A stretch of DNA of 64,000 nucleotides from Octopus sinensis (lineage: Eukaryota), in assembly GCF_006345805.1 (NCBI RefSeq), contig NC_043013.1, positions 26,226,001-26,290,000 on the forward strand, in the 5' to 3' direction. The notes under the pieces are model-generated. The model saw only the letters and a list, made by a program, of their open reading frames with translations. It was not told the origin of the DNA and did not search any database. Below, in pieces: positions 40,428-55,630 of this stretch (position 1 is the stretch's first letter; each line of letters begins with the position of its first letter). Both the position numbers and the translations under genes were made by a program.

Positions 40428-43400
40428 ATGCATACATATATGTATGTCTTTGTATCTGTACTTGTCCCCTACTACCACTTGACGACTGATGCCAAACCAG
40501 ACACAGAAGTTTGGTTCGGTCTTCTGCCTTGCCAGCTCCTATCAAACCATCCAACCTATGCTAGCATGGAAAGCAGACAATGACAATGATGATGATGATG
40601 ATGATGATAGTTGATACAAATTAATGATATACATAATCTATATACACATAAACTATATAATATATATATAAACCATAATATATATATAAACTATTCAACA
40701 CATGCAAACAATATGAAGAGTGTAATCTATGGTATGATATGAGGTCAATAAGTATCCAGACTGTTGCCATAGTAATGAAGCTAAAGCATGCAAGTGAAGT
40801 TGCTTAGCAAAGATTTACCTTCAATTCTGCTCTGCATATGCCCTAACTTTTAACGCTCTAACTTGCTTTCGTTGTTTACAGCAGTGTTTGGAAGGAAGGT
40901 GTGTAGTATGTAATCATTACATTGACCATAACAGAGAAAGTTGTCATGGTGATACCTGCTCAGAGGCCAGCTCAAAGTTACAGAAAGTGTATGGAGAGGA
41001 GTGTATGAGCCACACATAAGTGTGCAATTGGTTCAGACGTTTCCAAGGTGGCCCAAAAAGTTGATATTTACAAACATTCTGGGTGACCTACAACCAGCAG
41101 AACTGAGAAAAACATCGCAGATGTGCATGCAGCTGTGAGAGGAAATTGTCAAATTACCATCCATGAATTATCAGAGGATTTGCAGATTAGTTACAGTTCA
41201 GTTCATTCCATTATCACTAAAGATTTGGGTATGAGACGCATGTCTGCAAAGTTTGTACCAAAACTGCGTTCAGTTTATTGTGTCAAGAACGATGAAAAAC
41301 TTTTTGAAAACTTTGCTTAGGCCTCTGAGCCAGTATCACCAAGCTTTTGGCAAAATTTGAAGCAGATTCTCTGCTCAGCTTATTTAGTCATGCTACACAC
41401 CTTCCTTCCAAGCACTGCTGTAAACAGTAGAAGTGAGCTAGAATGTTAAAATGTAGTGCAAATGCACAACAGACCTCAAGGTCAATCTATGCTAAGCGGC
41501 TTCACTCTGCATGCTTTAGCTTCATTACTATGGCTACAATCCAGATACATGTAGATCAGACCATGTATGTATAGAATATGTGATATATTAGAAGATAATT
41601 AGAAGATTAGAAGATAATTAAAATCACCAACCTTCAAAGTGCTGTTATTTGTGCTTATGCTTCCAATCCACATTTTGCTCAGCAAAGATTGACAAGCAGG
41701 CTGGGACACAAATTTCTTATTGTTAACGTTAAACGCTATTTGCATGCATGAAGCATCATTCCAAGTTTTCCGTTGTAGCAGCAGTAAATCTAATGTCCGT
41801 TTTTCATCTGCATGGTAACATTCGGTCAAAACTCCAATGGCACATTCTTCATAAAGACTAAAATTAATAGAGTACTGGTATTTGTGAAAATAGAAGTCAA
41901 TTTGAAAGGAAAATATTTAACAGTTATAATCAATCAGTTTTAGTTTCAATATTGACTAGAAAAAATAGTTGGATAAGTTATGTTTGCTACTACCATATGT
42001 TCCCCATATTTAAGTTAAATGCAATTAATATACATAACAGTAAGTTTAGTAGCTAACATATCATAATAGAAGTATTGTATAAGTAATACATTATTTTTCT
42101 CACAATAGTGTACTGTACTTTATATTGTGATTTATAAAACAGGAATTGAGAAAATAAAAAGACAAAATGCTTCACAGTATTTCGTGCCTTTATATTCTGA
42201 GTTCAAATTCTGCTACGGTTGGTTTTGCCTTTCATCTTTTCAGGGTCAATAAAATAAATACCAGTTAAGTACTGGGATCAATGTAATCAACTTGCCAACT
42301 CGCCCTCCTCCTAGTCTCAACCAGAGACACCAATGGATATTTGTTTGCTCTTCTTGATATCATTCACAGTGCACCAATGATAAATGGTAATGCTTTAAAA
42401 TGCCACATTCTTCTGATTTCAGTTTCCCAGATCTTTATATTTCTCAAATGTTTTCAGAAATGTATTTTTGTCAGCTGGGACTGCAACATCAATTAGAAGA
42501 CAAGGTTTTTCAATATCATCATCATCATCATCATCGTTTAACGTCTGCTTTTCATGCTGGCATGGGTTGGACAGTTTGACTGAGGACTGCCAAGTCAGGA
42601 GGCTGCACCAGACTTCAATCTGATCTGGTTTTTCAAAATGACATCAGGTTGGTCCTGTGTTAATCAATCAGTCTGAACAACAAAATTCCAAAGGATGGTA
42701 CTGTTAGCATTCTGGGCAACTTGTCATGGCTGATGTTCACACCAGTTACTTTTCTGAGCAACACATTAACCAGTGTATGTATTGAGCTGCCCTGTCATAT
42801 CCTAGCAAGTATTCTTGTCAGGTATTTGCCATGTAGCCTGGCATGAGCTTTCAACATGCCCTACAACTCAACATCCACAAACCCAGACATCCCAAACTAA
42901 AGAATGATTTACAACCAAAAGCCCTACCATACATCTCCACATACAACCCTCTTAAAAATGAAGCCTTCAACACCATCCTTCAAAACATTCCTCTACTAAA
43001 AAGGCCACAGAATGAACTTAATCCTCCAAACACACATCATCATAAAAGGTAAGAGACAGCCCAAATCTATGAAAAGTCTCCTAACACAAGCTCGAATATG
43101 CTCAACAACAACACTGAAGCCATCAGTAAAAAAATGCAGAACACCCAACTGTGGTATCTGCATCAATTTAATTGAGGGATCAGAGTTCTCTTTCAAACAG
43201 GGACAATGCTTCACAGTAAAAAGCAACTTCACATGTGCTTCGGAGAACCTGATATACATACTAACCTGCTCTGGGTGTCAAGAGCAATACATAGACCAAA
43301 CAAAAAATAGCCTGCATCAAAGGATGGCTCTGTACAAATCCCAGATCAAAAAACAGAGAAGTAGCATTCAGTGAACACATCGACGTTTGTGCCAATAACA

Positions 43401-45826
43401 AAAAACCCAGCTTCAGAATTTTTCCCCTCTATCAATTCAGGAACGATACAACCTGTAGTCAACGAATTAATGAAGAGTCATTCTTTATCACAAAATACAA
43501 ACCCCTTTTGAATGCATCCACAACAAATGACATAACCATCATGACCTTAGAATAACACCCACGCAAATATTAAAAACGATGCATTCAAAAGAGATACCTC
43601 AAGAATTCATCCAAAATAATCCCAATCACTACTATCGTCCACAATGAGTCACTTTTAGGTCACTTGACCATTTAATATCCTACAACTCTCATACCACTCT
43701 CGCATCCTTTTATCATTCTTTCTCTTCTTTTTCTTCTTCTCCACTACCTCCTTACTTTACAACTATTGCTGCCTAAAACTACAAATACAAGAATTCATAA
43801 CTACCTAGAACCCACAAGAGTAAAAAAAGAGAGATAGAGACAGGCAGAAACAAGAAAAATGCCCCTGTATTTAAATACTAAGGAAATATCTTTTTTAAAT
43901 ATTTCATTTAATTTTCCCACAATTTGATTGTTTTTCATACTTTACCCTAAGTTGAAAAAGTCTCAATGACTAAAACCGGTACTAAAGTGTTCTTCATGAT
44001 AAAATTATTTTAGTATTTTCTACCTTGTCTTATTTTCCTTATACATATTAACCTCGTGTGTTCCTTTTCAACCTTCTACATATATATATATATGGGAGAA
44101 AGAGAGTCTGCCAAATGTCGACCCAACAGCAGGACCAGTTATCCGAATTGACAGTGCCTTGGTAGATAAAGCAATTAAGGGTGTGAAGACAGGAAAGACC
44201 CTGGCCCATCAGGAATCACTGCAAAGATGTTTAAAACATCTGGCGGTGTCGGCTATAGTCTGGTCACCTGTGTTGTCAATCAGGTGATATATGAAGGAGT
44301 CATACCCACTGACTGATGTAGCAGCACCATAGTCAACTGCTACAAAGGTAAAGATGATGCTTTAGATACGAATAATTACAGAGGTAACAAGTTGCTGGAT
44401 CAGGTAATAAAAGTCACAGAGAGGGTCATAGCCCAACTAATTAGGGAGAGAGTTAGTCTAGATGAAATGCAGTTTGGGTTTGTGCCAAGGAAAAGCACCA
44501 CCAATGCTATACTTTTAGTAAGGCAGCTGCAAGAGAAATACATGGTCAAAGATAAACCTCTGTACCTAGCTTTTGTTGACAAGAAGAAAACCTTTGACAG
44601 GGTCCCCCAATCCTTTATCTGGTGGTCAATGCAGAAAAGGGATAGATGAGTGGTTAGTGAGAGCTGTACAAGCCATGTACAGGTATGCTGTCAGTAAGGT
44701 GAGGGTTGACAACGAGTACAGTGAAGAATTCCAGGTAGGGTAGGGGTCCACCAAGGCTCAGTCCTCAGCCCCCTCCTATTTATCATAGTCCTCCAGGCAA
44801 TAAAAAAGGAATTCAAGACAGGATGCCCCTGGAAGCTTCTCTATGCTTATGACCTTTCTCTAATTGCTGAGTCACTATCAGAACTAGAGAAGTTTCAGGT
44901 GTAGAAACAAGGATTAGAATCAAAGGGCCTTAGAGTGAATCTAGCAAAAACCAAAGTCTTAGTAAGTAGGAAGACAGACAAACCACAAATCCATTCAGGT
45001 AGATAACATGAGAAATTTGACATCCATCAATATATAATTGATTAAAATAAATTGACCAATCAAAGTATTTAGTGTAATAGGCCACAGGAAGATTTTATGG
45101 TTAGTACTCCCAATATGTACATATAGTTATATAATTAGACAGAGATAGATGGACGGATGGACAGACAGACAGACAGATAGATAGTTAGATAGATAGACTG
45201 ACTCACTCAGCATGTTCTTGAAATTTGATCCGTTTGTCATAATCGTTACATTTTAATTTCAGAGATTTCAGCAATTTATTTGCAATTAGAGCCAATGGCA
45301 ATACCTCCTGGTGAAACAACAATTGTATAAAAACACATATAATATGAATTAAACAGAAACAAAAACAGAAAATGCAATTTTGCTCTTCATTTATTATTAA
45401 TTTTATTGCTCAATGCTATACTCTTTTTGGTCTATAATTCTTCAATACTAACATTAATAGGAACAACTTGCAGAAATCGTTAGGTTTGGCCACTAAATCA
45501 TCATCACCATTTTACATCTAGTATTTCAAGTCTCGTCCAACCCATGCTGACATGGATTGAGCAAGACAATATTTTATAGCCAGATGCCTTTCCTGATACC
45601 AACTCTTACTTATTTTTGCACATCAAATTGCTCTTTGATATTTTGTTTATTGAAGACACAAACAACATCATTGCTCCCAAAACAGTGTCAATGTGTGGAG
45701 GAAAGCATGATGGACCTTATACAGTTTCCATTTCATTCACAAGGCATTGGTGAACTCCACAAGATTTTAGTAAAACTTGCCCAATGGAATCTACCCCAAC
45801 ACAAAGATGTTATGAAGTAGGCTCTT

Positions 45827-45910
<84 letters not shown>

Positions 45911-48900
45911 TAGATAATTATAAGTATTCTAAAATGAACTTAGCCTCTGTATTATATTAAAAACAAAATGTGCCATATAAATCAATAAACTACAATTCAT
46001 ATTTCACAGGGTTAAATAAATGAGAATTAATATCCAACTGGAAAGAATTCCAGAATTATTTTTGGGGGGTGGGGGTAACATTATCTAGAATGTCTGCTTC
46101 CTTTACCAAACTTGAAATCAGTATTCTCATTAGATATCCCACTGATTACTCTATATTAATTGACTGTATCAATCTGTATTATTTTCAATGTTTTTCTAAT
46201 GTTAGTATCCTATTTTCCAAATAATTAGGATTTTTTTAGGAATTAGACATCTACATTTGATTTAATTTGACTAGGTATTTATTTTATCAACTTTGATGGA
46301 ATTGAAAGGTAGAGTTGTGTTTCAAATTTGTACTAGAAAATGATTTATCTATAAAATGGATGAATGTAGCCTGAAGTCCTAATGTCCTACTTATCTCCGC
46401 TGACTTCACAATAATTTATTCCCAAAGAAAAAGCTCCATTGTCAGAGCAGTGTTTAATCTGGATCTCTGCCTCTTCTGTTTTTAAAAGTGTACAAAATAA
46501 TTAATATGCCAATTCAACCTTTATACTCTTATCCAGTATACATTTTCCAGTATACATTTTCTGGGAAAACTAAACAGGATAAGTGGAAAAAATGGTAATA
46601 TGTTAAACAAAAGGTATCACATTACTTTGGTGTTGTCACTCTTCATTCTTTGATGAAGAGCAATCAAGATTTTGTGGTGCACAAAATATATCAGTAAGAT
46701 ACTGTGATGAGTTCAAAATGATTATACCCATCTCCTGCAATAATATAACTTGTGTTTAAACAAATAAAGTAATTTATATAGCTCTTACAACAAACTGACT
46801 TACCATGTCTCCTTTCAAAAATAAAAATGCCATTTCTTTTCTGTTCAAAAATAATGCCCATAGGAACAATTTTGTTGTAATGGGAAGATTAGCTGAAATA
46901 AGAACAGACAAATAAAACATGTGATACAATTGGCTCAGATGCTAAGAATAAAAAGAAAACTGAAGGAAATTATTAGTCTTTATCAGACCAAGGTTTTGTT
47001 AACCAGTCCGATATTTTCCAAATTTGACAATTTTCTGGAATCATCTAAAGCAAACCAAAAAGTCTGGAAAATCAACTTCAGAAATATTTGGCTTAATTAT
47101 TTTTATTTCTTTACTACCCACAAGAGGCTAAACATAGAGGGGACAAACAAGGATGAGCAAAGAGATTAGGTCGATTATATCTACCCATGTGGAACTGGTA
47201 CTTATCTAATCGATCCCGAAAGGATTAAAAGCAAAGTTGACCTCAGCAGAAATTGAACTCAGAATGTAACTGCAGACAAAATACCGCTAAGCATTTCACC
47301 CAGCATGCTAACGATTCTACTCTGCCAGCTCGCTGCCCTTAATTATTACGATCATGTTCCACAGTTTCTGCTAAATCATTGCATTAATATTGGTTTCAAA
47401 TTTTGGCACAATGCCAGCAATTCCATGGGGAGAAGATAAATCAATTACATCAACTTCAGTGATCAACTGGTACTTATTTTATAAACCCAAAAGGAAGAAA
47501 GGCAAAGTCAACCTCAGTGGAAATGCTGCTAAGTATTTTGCCAAGCATACTAACGATTCTGCCAGCTTGTCTCTTTAAGTCAATGCATTACTTTTAATAA
47601 TAAACGATATTTATTAGATTATCACAATCTTTGAGTAGAGGAGACAGCCAATTGAATTGACTCCATTAAAAGGAAAAACAAAGATGATACCAGAATGATA
47701 TGAAATAGGAACAACATTAAATACCACAAGGTATTCACTCTAGTATAGGGCTGATCCTACCACTCCACTCTTACAGGAAAACAAATGGATAATGTGATGT
47801 TCATACCAAAAGTGCCATACACTTTAATGGCTTCAATCAGATTTTGAAACAGCACCAGTCACACTTAACTGCACTATTACTTCTTTTTTCCACAATTCCT
47901 TCCATAATAATAATAAGGATAATCTTTTCTATTATAGGCACAAGGCCTGGAACTTAAGGAGAGGGAGGTAATTGACCCCAGTACACAACTGGTCCTTATT
48001 TGATCAATACTGAAAGGGTGAGAAGTAAAGTCAACCTCAGCAGAATTTGAACTGAGATCATTAAGTTCAAATTCTGCTAAAGTCAACTTTGCTTTTCATC
48101 CTTTTGGGGTCAATAAAATAAGGACCATTTACATACTGTGGTTGATAAAATTGACTTCCTGTCCCCTGAAATTACCAGCCTTGCACCAAAATTTGAAACA
48201 AATTATAATAATACATTATTTACAATTGGTGGATATTTGTCCTCATCTTGTTTGTTGTTAACAAGTTTCGGCTGATACACCCTCCAGCCATCTTCAGGTA
48301 TCTTGAGGGAAATTTTGAACCCAGGTTCTCATTCCTAAGGTATATTTTGATATTATTATTATTATTATTATTGTTGTTGTTATTCAGGTCACTGCTTGGA
48401 AATGAACTCAGAATCTTGGGTTAGTAGACTGTGCTCTTAACCACTACACCATATGCCCGTGGGCAATTATGGAGTGAATTTTACCAAAATTCACTCCATA
48501 ATACCAAAAGCTCAGTGAGATGAACTAAGGTGGAAAGTGAGACAATGCCATCATAATACTTCCAGCAGACAAGGGAAATGCTACAGTGATGATGAACAAG
48601 TCTGACTATTTTGAAAAATTGGCAAGTCTTATAAGTGATGGTAGCTACAGTAAAGTAAAGAAAGACCCAACTCTGAAAACAGAGAGGAAGTTGTCACAGA
48701 TCTTGATCAAGAACTAGGATCATTTTACACCAATGAAGTACAGACAACTGACCCAACACCACAGTAAACTACCACACATGTACGGTCTCCTTAAGATTCA
48801 CAAGGATGGTATTCCATTAAGACCTATGGTGAGCTGTAGAGGTTCAGCATGTCATCCACTGAGCCACTTCCTTGTGGATATAATCAGTCCATTAGCAGGA

Positions 48901-50170
48901 AAGTCAACATCGTACGTGAAGAATTCCACCCACTTCACAGAATTGATCAAGGAAAGCCCCATTGAATCCAACCAAAACGTGTTAACAACAAACATGATGA
49001 GGACAACTATCCATCGAATGTAAATAATGTAAATAATGTACATAATTCCTCATCTCTTAAATATAGAACTGAATAATAATAATAATGGAAATTTTAAATT
49101 TTGGCACAAGGACAGCGATTTCAGTGGTGAAAAAGTAAGTCAATTACATGGAGCCCAAGGCTTAAGTAGTACTTGTTTTGTCAACCCCAAAAGCATGAAA
49201 GATAAATTTGACCTCAGCAGTGCTTGAACTCAGAACATAAAGACAGACAAGGCCTGAAATTCTGGGTAAGGAGATGAGTCGGTTACATCAGCCCCAGTGT
49301 TTCACTGGTACTTATTTCATCGACCACAGAAGCATGAAAGGTAAGTCGACCCCGGTGGAACTTGAACTCACAACATAAAGATGGATGAAGTACTGTTAAG
49401 CATTTCATTCAATATGCTAATGATTCTGCCAGCTTGCCATCTTAAGAAGAAGAAGAAGAAGAAGAAGAATAATCCTTCCTACAACAAGCACAAGGCCTGG
49501 ATTTTGTGGGGAAAGGGAAAGTCATTTACATTGACTCTAGTACTCAACTGGTACTCAATTTATTGACCCCCAAAAGGATGAAAGGCAAAGTCAACCTTGG
49601 TGAAATCTGAACTCAGAACGTAAAGACAGATGAAATGCCACCAAGCATTTTGCCTGGCATGCTAACAATTCTGCCAGATTGCCACCTTAATAATAATAAT
49701 AATAATAATAATAAAAATAAGGATAATAAAATTTTGGGGGAGTGGGGCAACCCAGTGCATAACTGGTATTTCATTGATCCCAAAAGGAGGAAAAGCAAAG
49801 TTGACCTCAGTGGTATTTAAACTCGGAAAGTGAAGACAGACAAAATGCCACTAAGCATTTCAGCCAGCTTGCTAATGATTCTGCCAGCTCGCAGCCTCAG
49901 TATTAATAATAACGATAATAATAACAACAATGGCATCAAATGTTGGCCAGTTTGAAAAAAGAAACTCTTTTTGTAAAAACTTACATTGGTAAATTGCTGA
50001 TAATCTATCTTTACCAGCTTTCTTTTGCAAGAGAGCATACTCGTCCACGAGTTTGTGGAATAAAGGAACCCCATCTTTAATGCTAATATCTTTACTTTCC
50101 TGAAACAAAATCAAATGTTATATGATATTCATTATCAGTTCAAGCTGGTATGTTACATATTATGGCATGT

Positions 50171-50233
<63 letters not shown>

Positions 50234-51138
50234 TGCAAACAATACATACATATATAGGGTTGGTCAAAAGTCATACGACAGTAAATCAAAATTCCATAAA
50301 TACTATTTGTAATTCTGTATTGACTCAAATGGAAAAATGTGTTGGTTAAGAAGGACTTCAGTTTGAACAATTTTCATCATGTTTCAGATTTAGATGCTTT
50401 TATTAAATTCATTCATTTGTTAAACATAAATAAATCTTGGAATTAAATGGCTTTGATTTACTGTCAAGTAACTTTTGGCCAATCCTGTTTATATATATGA
50501 TTCTCAATCATGACTGTCTGACAAACAGGAACATGAAACTCTGAATAGCAGTTTTTTGTGATGTTTTTGCAGCTTTAATAATAAAGCATATTATTCTACC
50601 TCTGGTTTCAAATACTATTTTTTTTTTTTTGCATCTTGTTTCACATTTATATACTTACTCTGGTATGAATTTACTTGTTAATACAAATTCAGTGTGTGTT
50701 GCTTAATTTTTTCTTGCTTTTTTCATTAATATATATATACTAGCAGTATAGCCCGGCATTGCTCAGGTTTGTTTTTTAGTTGCACTTAAAACAAAAGACT
50801 TTGATGTCGCGTTAACAAAGTTTTGACATAGTTTCAATCTTTTTTGTAAAGTAAAAATTTTGCATTATGTAGCTTGCTATTCTCTTTAAGTTTCTGGTTG
50901 AAATACGCCAAAAAATGGTGATACAGCAGTCAAAAAATTGTGAAAAATAGGGATTTTCATAGAAAAAAAGCACCTTTTTGATGTAAATAATTTTTGGCCT
51001 TAACATGGTCTGATTTGAATTTTTTCTTCTACAGAATGAAGAGCAAACCTTCTATCATACTCTCAATTTTGGTCAACTTGCGCCGCAGGGTCTTGGAGGA
51101 GATAGTGTTAGTTGAAGGCTACCAAATCTGCCACACAT

Positions 51139-51170
<32 letters not shown>

Positions 51171-54100
51171 CTTCAGCTTTATATGTATTGATATATGGTG
51201 GTCGTCTACTCCGTATGCAGAGTTTGACCTCCCATAGCTACACCATCATGGCATCTAATGTGGCTTTTTAAACAAGACAATGTTTTGAAAAGACATCCAC
51301 ATAGATTGCATATCTGATGTGGACCACCAAATCCTTTGTGCAGGTCGTTCAGATAAAGCTGAATACTCATAAAACGTCTTTAACATAAAAGTCTATTATT
51401 TGGCAGGAATTTAGTGAATTTTTGTATGAAGTTATCATACTCTTCCAGATTAAATTCGCTAATAATTCAGTGCCTTTTATGCTCGAAATTGAATAGTCAA
51501 TATTGACCACCTTGCAGATCCCTAATCTATATCATATTAAGAAAAAAACTGTAAGAGATATCAACTGATCATGGATAGAAGATCTTTGTAAAAAGACATT
51601 TGCAACAGATTAAAAGATGGGCAAGGAAGTAAAATTGTTCTAATATACTGAAGAATTAAACTCCTCAGAGTTGTGAACTCTGGATTTGCCACAAATAGAG
51701 CTCTGCTATTGCCACCAGTAAGAGTTCCAATTAGGAAGAGTGTCAAACAAGGAGATACCATCTCTCCAAAGCTCTTTATGACAAGTCTAGAAATGGTCAT
51801 TAAAGAGATTGACTGAAGAGTTGGCATGAAAATTAACAGTGAAATACTAGCACACCTTCAATTCGTAGAAGACACTGTGCTCATTGCCAAAACCACAGAT
51901 CAACTGTAGACCATGCTAACAGAACTGGATACCCATAGCTCAGCAGAAAGCCTTAAAATGAAATACATGAAAACAAAACACATGTGGTCTGAAGACATAG
52001 CACAAGGTCAAATAAAGGTGGGCAGCAATGAAATCAAGGAGGCAAAGAAGTACACCTACTTAAGGCACACAGTGAATATGTGACAAGGCATGGATATTAA
52101 ATCTTGAAGAGAATATGGGTGGGATAGGTGTTTACTTTAATAAATAATGAGCTCAAAACAAAATTGGACAAGACCATAAGTGCCAGGCTCTTCAATAGCA
52201 TGGCCCTTTGCATTGTAGCCAAACAATGTTTATTCCTCTTTGTAGTAGCCAATGCCTCACTTGCATATAATGTGATTCTTAGTATAACAAATGTAACGAC
52301 TAGATTTTTACTGTCTTCATCAATTTCAAGCCCTTTGCCCTAACACTTTTAACTGGGATCAGTCTGGCTTTGTGAATTTTAGGGGGTCAGCAGAACTTGC
52401 AATTCTATTTTGGGCTCCTGACATCTTGTTGCTTCCCATCAGTTCTTACAATAATAAGTGCATATATATGAAAGTGCATATAGTTCAAAACTTCCTCAGA
52501 GGTACTCACAATAATCATCATCATCATTTAATGTCCACCTTCCAAATGAAAGGAAATGATTCTAAGAGGGATTGAAATCAGGATGTGGACTCATCTCACC
52601 AGAAATTTACTTTAATATCATATTACTCACCTCTTAATACTAATATCAATATTTTTTATAAAGTAGCAAATGTATAGGAAATGAATATAATTGATTAATG
52701 GTTTGTAGTATGTTAGTAATGTTTACCTTATCAACCTTTGAATACTGAAAGGTACTGCAGTTTCACAAGAAACAAATTGGTATTCTAGCCTGGGAGAAAT
52801 TTAGTACTCATGTTTAGCATCAGGAAACAAATTCTAAACACCAGCCCTTAAAATCCCTCATGGGCTGAAGAAAACTAAGAAGACTTACAGTTTACTTGCC
52901 ATTTTGTACAAGTTTTCAATATTTTTGTCAGTTAATAATTCTTTCAAGCTAACTCCATATTCCAGGAAAAGTTTCACAAAATCAACACGATCTTCACGGA
53001 GTGCAAATAACATAGGATAAACCCACTTGTCAGGCTAGCAAGAACAGGAGAAAAAAAACAGTAAATTCCATGGTTGTACTTTGCAAAGTATTATAAGAGT
53101 CATATAAATTTATCAAACTATTAATATTGTCTTAGGTATAAGTACTTGGAGAAGTATTAAACATCTTCTTGATGTTCCTACTATACTTATCATTATAACA
53201 TTTCCATTTAGATAGAGTAAAGAATGTAGGAGATATGGACAAAGTTCATTAATTGTTTTGTAGTAAAATATCTAAACTTCCAGGTCTTAATATATGAACA
53301 ACTGGCTGAATGGATTGGATTGTAAACAATCAACAAAGAGGCTAGTAGTATATACCTTGATTGCAATGTGATATCATATCTGTGACAAGGACACACGACT
53401 GTTAATTGGCACCATTCAACTTGGTATAAACATATATAGTAGGAGCAAAACTTTTTTTGCAGTCTAGAATAAATTGCATTGATCATTTGATGAGTAATTC
53501 AAAAGATTGCAGTACTGAGTTCAGCTGTTGTAGAAGAAAAAGCTGTTTGCAATAAACCACTGGTCTATCCAAAAGGCAATTATCTTTCATCTACATAATA
53601 CCACAAAACTTGAGATAATCTGTAAGTATGGTTATGATTGTGACTCAGGTTTTAAAATAAAGTAAGAATTGGAAATATGGAGAAAGAGTGAGGGGTAAGA
53701 AAAGCAAACAAACAGGGCTATTCTAAAATATTAATTAATAAAATTTGATACAAACGAGAGTTAAAATATATTTTTTACCGATGTAATATTACTGTTATTC
53801 CTCCAAGGGATAAAAATTAATTTCTCATTGACAAAATAATAAGCAAATATATTATCTTACTGGCCAGTAGGTCCCGTCTGTAAATATTTCACTCTTTGCA
53901 ATATCAATTCTGTTCCACTCCAATGCAAGTCTCAAATTTTCAAATTCATTGTTGTTTGCTGAGATAAAAAAAATTTCAAACAGTCAGTTGATAAAAATTT
54001 CATAACGGTCATTTGATAATCTTCATCATCACCATTTAATGCAATATTCATGACTAATATGGTATTTTGAAATTTGTAACATGTCTTCATTTTCTTACTG

Positions 54101-55335
54101 TTAAAGAAAAGCATTTAGTTATTTAGTTACACCTCTGCACATTCCAAGTTGAAATCCTTCCTGGTGTTAGGTTTTTATTCAACATTCTAGCTTGATAAAT
54201 TAAGTAATGACACTGATTAAATTGACTATAACTTTTCTTCTTCATAAAGTGGCTCAGTGATTCCATCTAAGAAATCATTATTATCATCATCATCATCATC
54301 ATTTGGTTTGTTTCAGCTTCAACCTAATTCCTGGTAGGATTTATGTGGGTAGCAGGTTACTACCTGTAACCTTGGGTATTCACAAGTTTTCAGTAATCTT
54401 TCTAGTTCTTAGAACCCTCCTGATAATCTTTGCTGCCCTTAAAAGACAAACTTTTGTAGGACCTCTACAGAGTATTCTATTCCAATCTCCTTCAGACATT
54501 TGTCTATATTATCATTATTATTGTTATTTCCTTTTATCATAGATTTTGTTGGAAAACCTGGGGTCTTACATGCATAGCAGGCTTACTACCTGCAGCCTAT
54601 GGTACCATGCTATCTGTTCTTTTCAGCTATCTAATACTTTCTTGATTATTCTGGTTGTACCAAGAAGGTGAACCTTTTGTAACAGTTCTACTGAGCACTC
54701 TATTCCAATTTCTTTGATATTCCTCTTGATGCCTTCTGATACTGTTCCCAAGGACCCAACAATAATAAGCACTATTTTCACCTTCATTTTTCATTACCAG
54801 GCTATTTCGTACTTAAGAGGGTTGTATTTATCTGTTTTGTCACCTTCCATTACTATTCATGGGTCAGAAGGGCATGCAACATGTACATCTTGTTGACTAC
54901 CACTAGGTTTGGTCTGTTTTGCTCTAGCACCTGATCTGTTTAGATTGGGAAATCCCAGAGGATTTTGCTAGTCTCTGACTTCACCACTCTCTGTGGTTTG
55001 TTCTCATACCACATCTTGCCTCTCTCTGGCCCCCACTTTTTGCAGTTTCCAATTTAGCACTTTCACTACCTGATCATGTTACTACAACTTGTAGTGCTTT
55101 TGGACAAGACTACGGTATTCGTTTGTGATATAGGCAATGGTTTCATCCACTCTATTACAGATGTGGCACTGTGGAGACACTTGCTCATTCCTAAGGTTGA
55201 CCCTCCAGTTTGTGACCAAAGCTTGGTCTTGTGCTACCAGTATAGTGCTCTCAGTCTCTTTTATTTTAGTATTCCTTTCTTCAGCCAACCCCATCTATGT
55301 TTCCCAGCAACTTCTTTTGTGGCTACATTGAATTG

Positions 55336-55398
<63 letters not shown>

Positions 55399-55574
55399 CA
55401 CACAACAGATTAGACTGTTGGAAAAGAAAAATTCCTAGGAATTAGAAGAAATAAACATAAAACCCAGTTTAGTACAGCTCCAGAAAACAGTGTTATTAGG
55501 GACAGCTAGGATACTTAGGAGGGTTTTTGGCATCTAAGGTTACTTGTTGTTAGGAATGTTTCTTTTTCATTATC

Positions 55575-55630
<56 letters not shown>

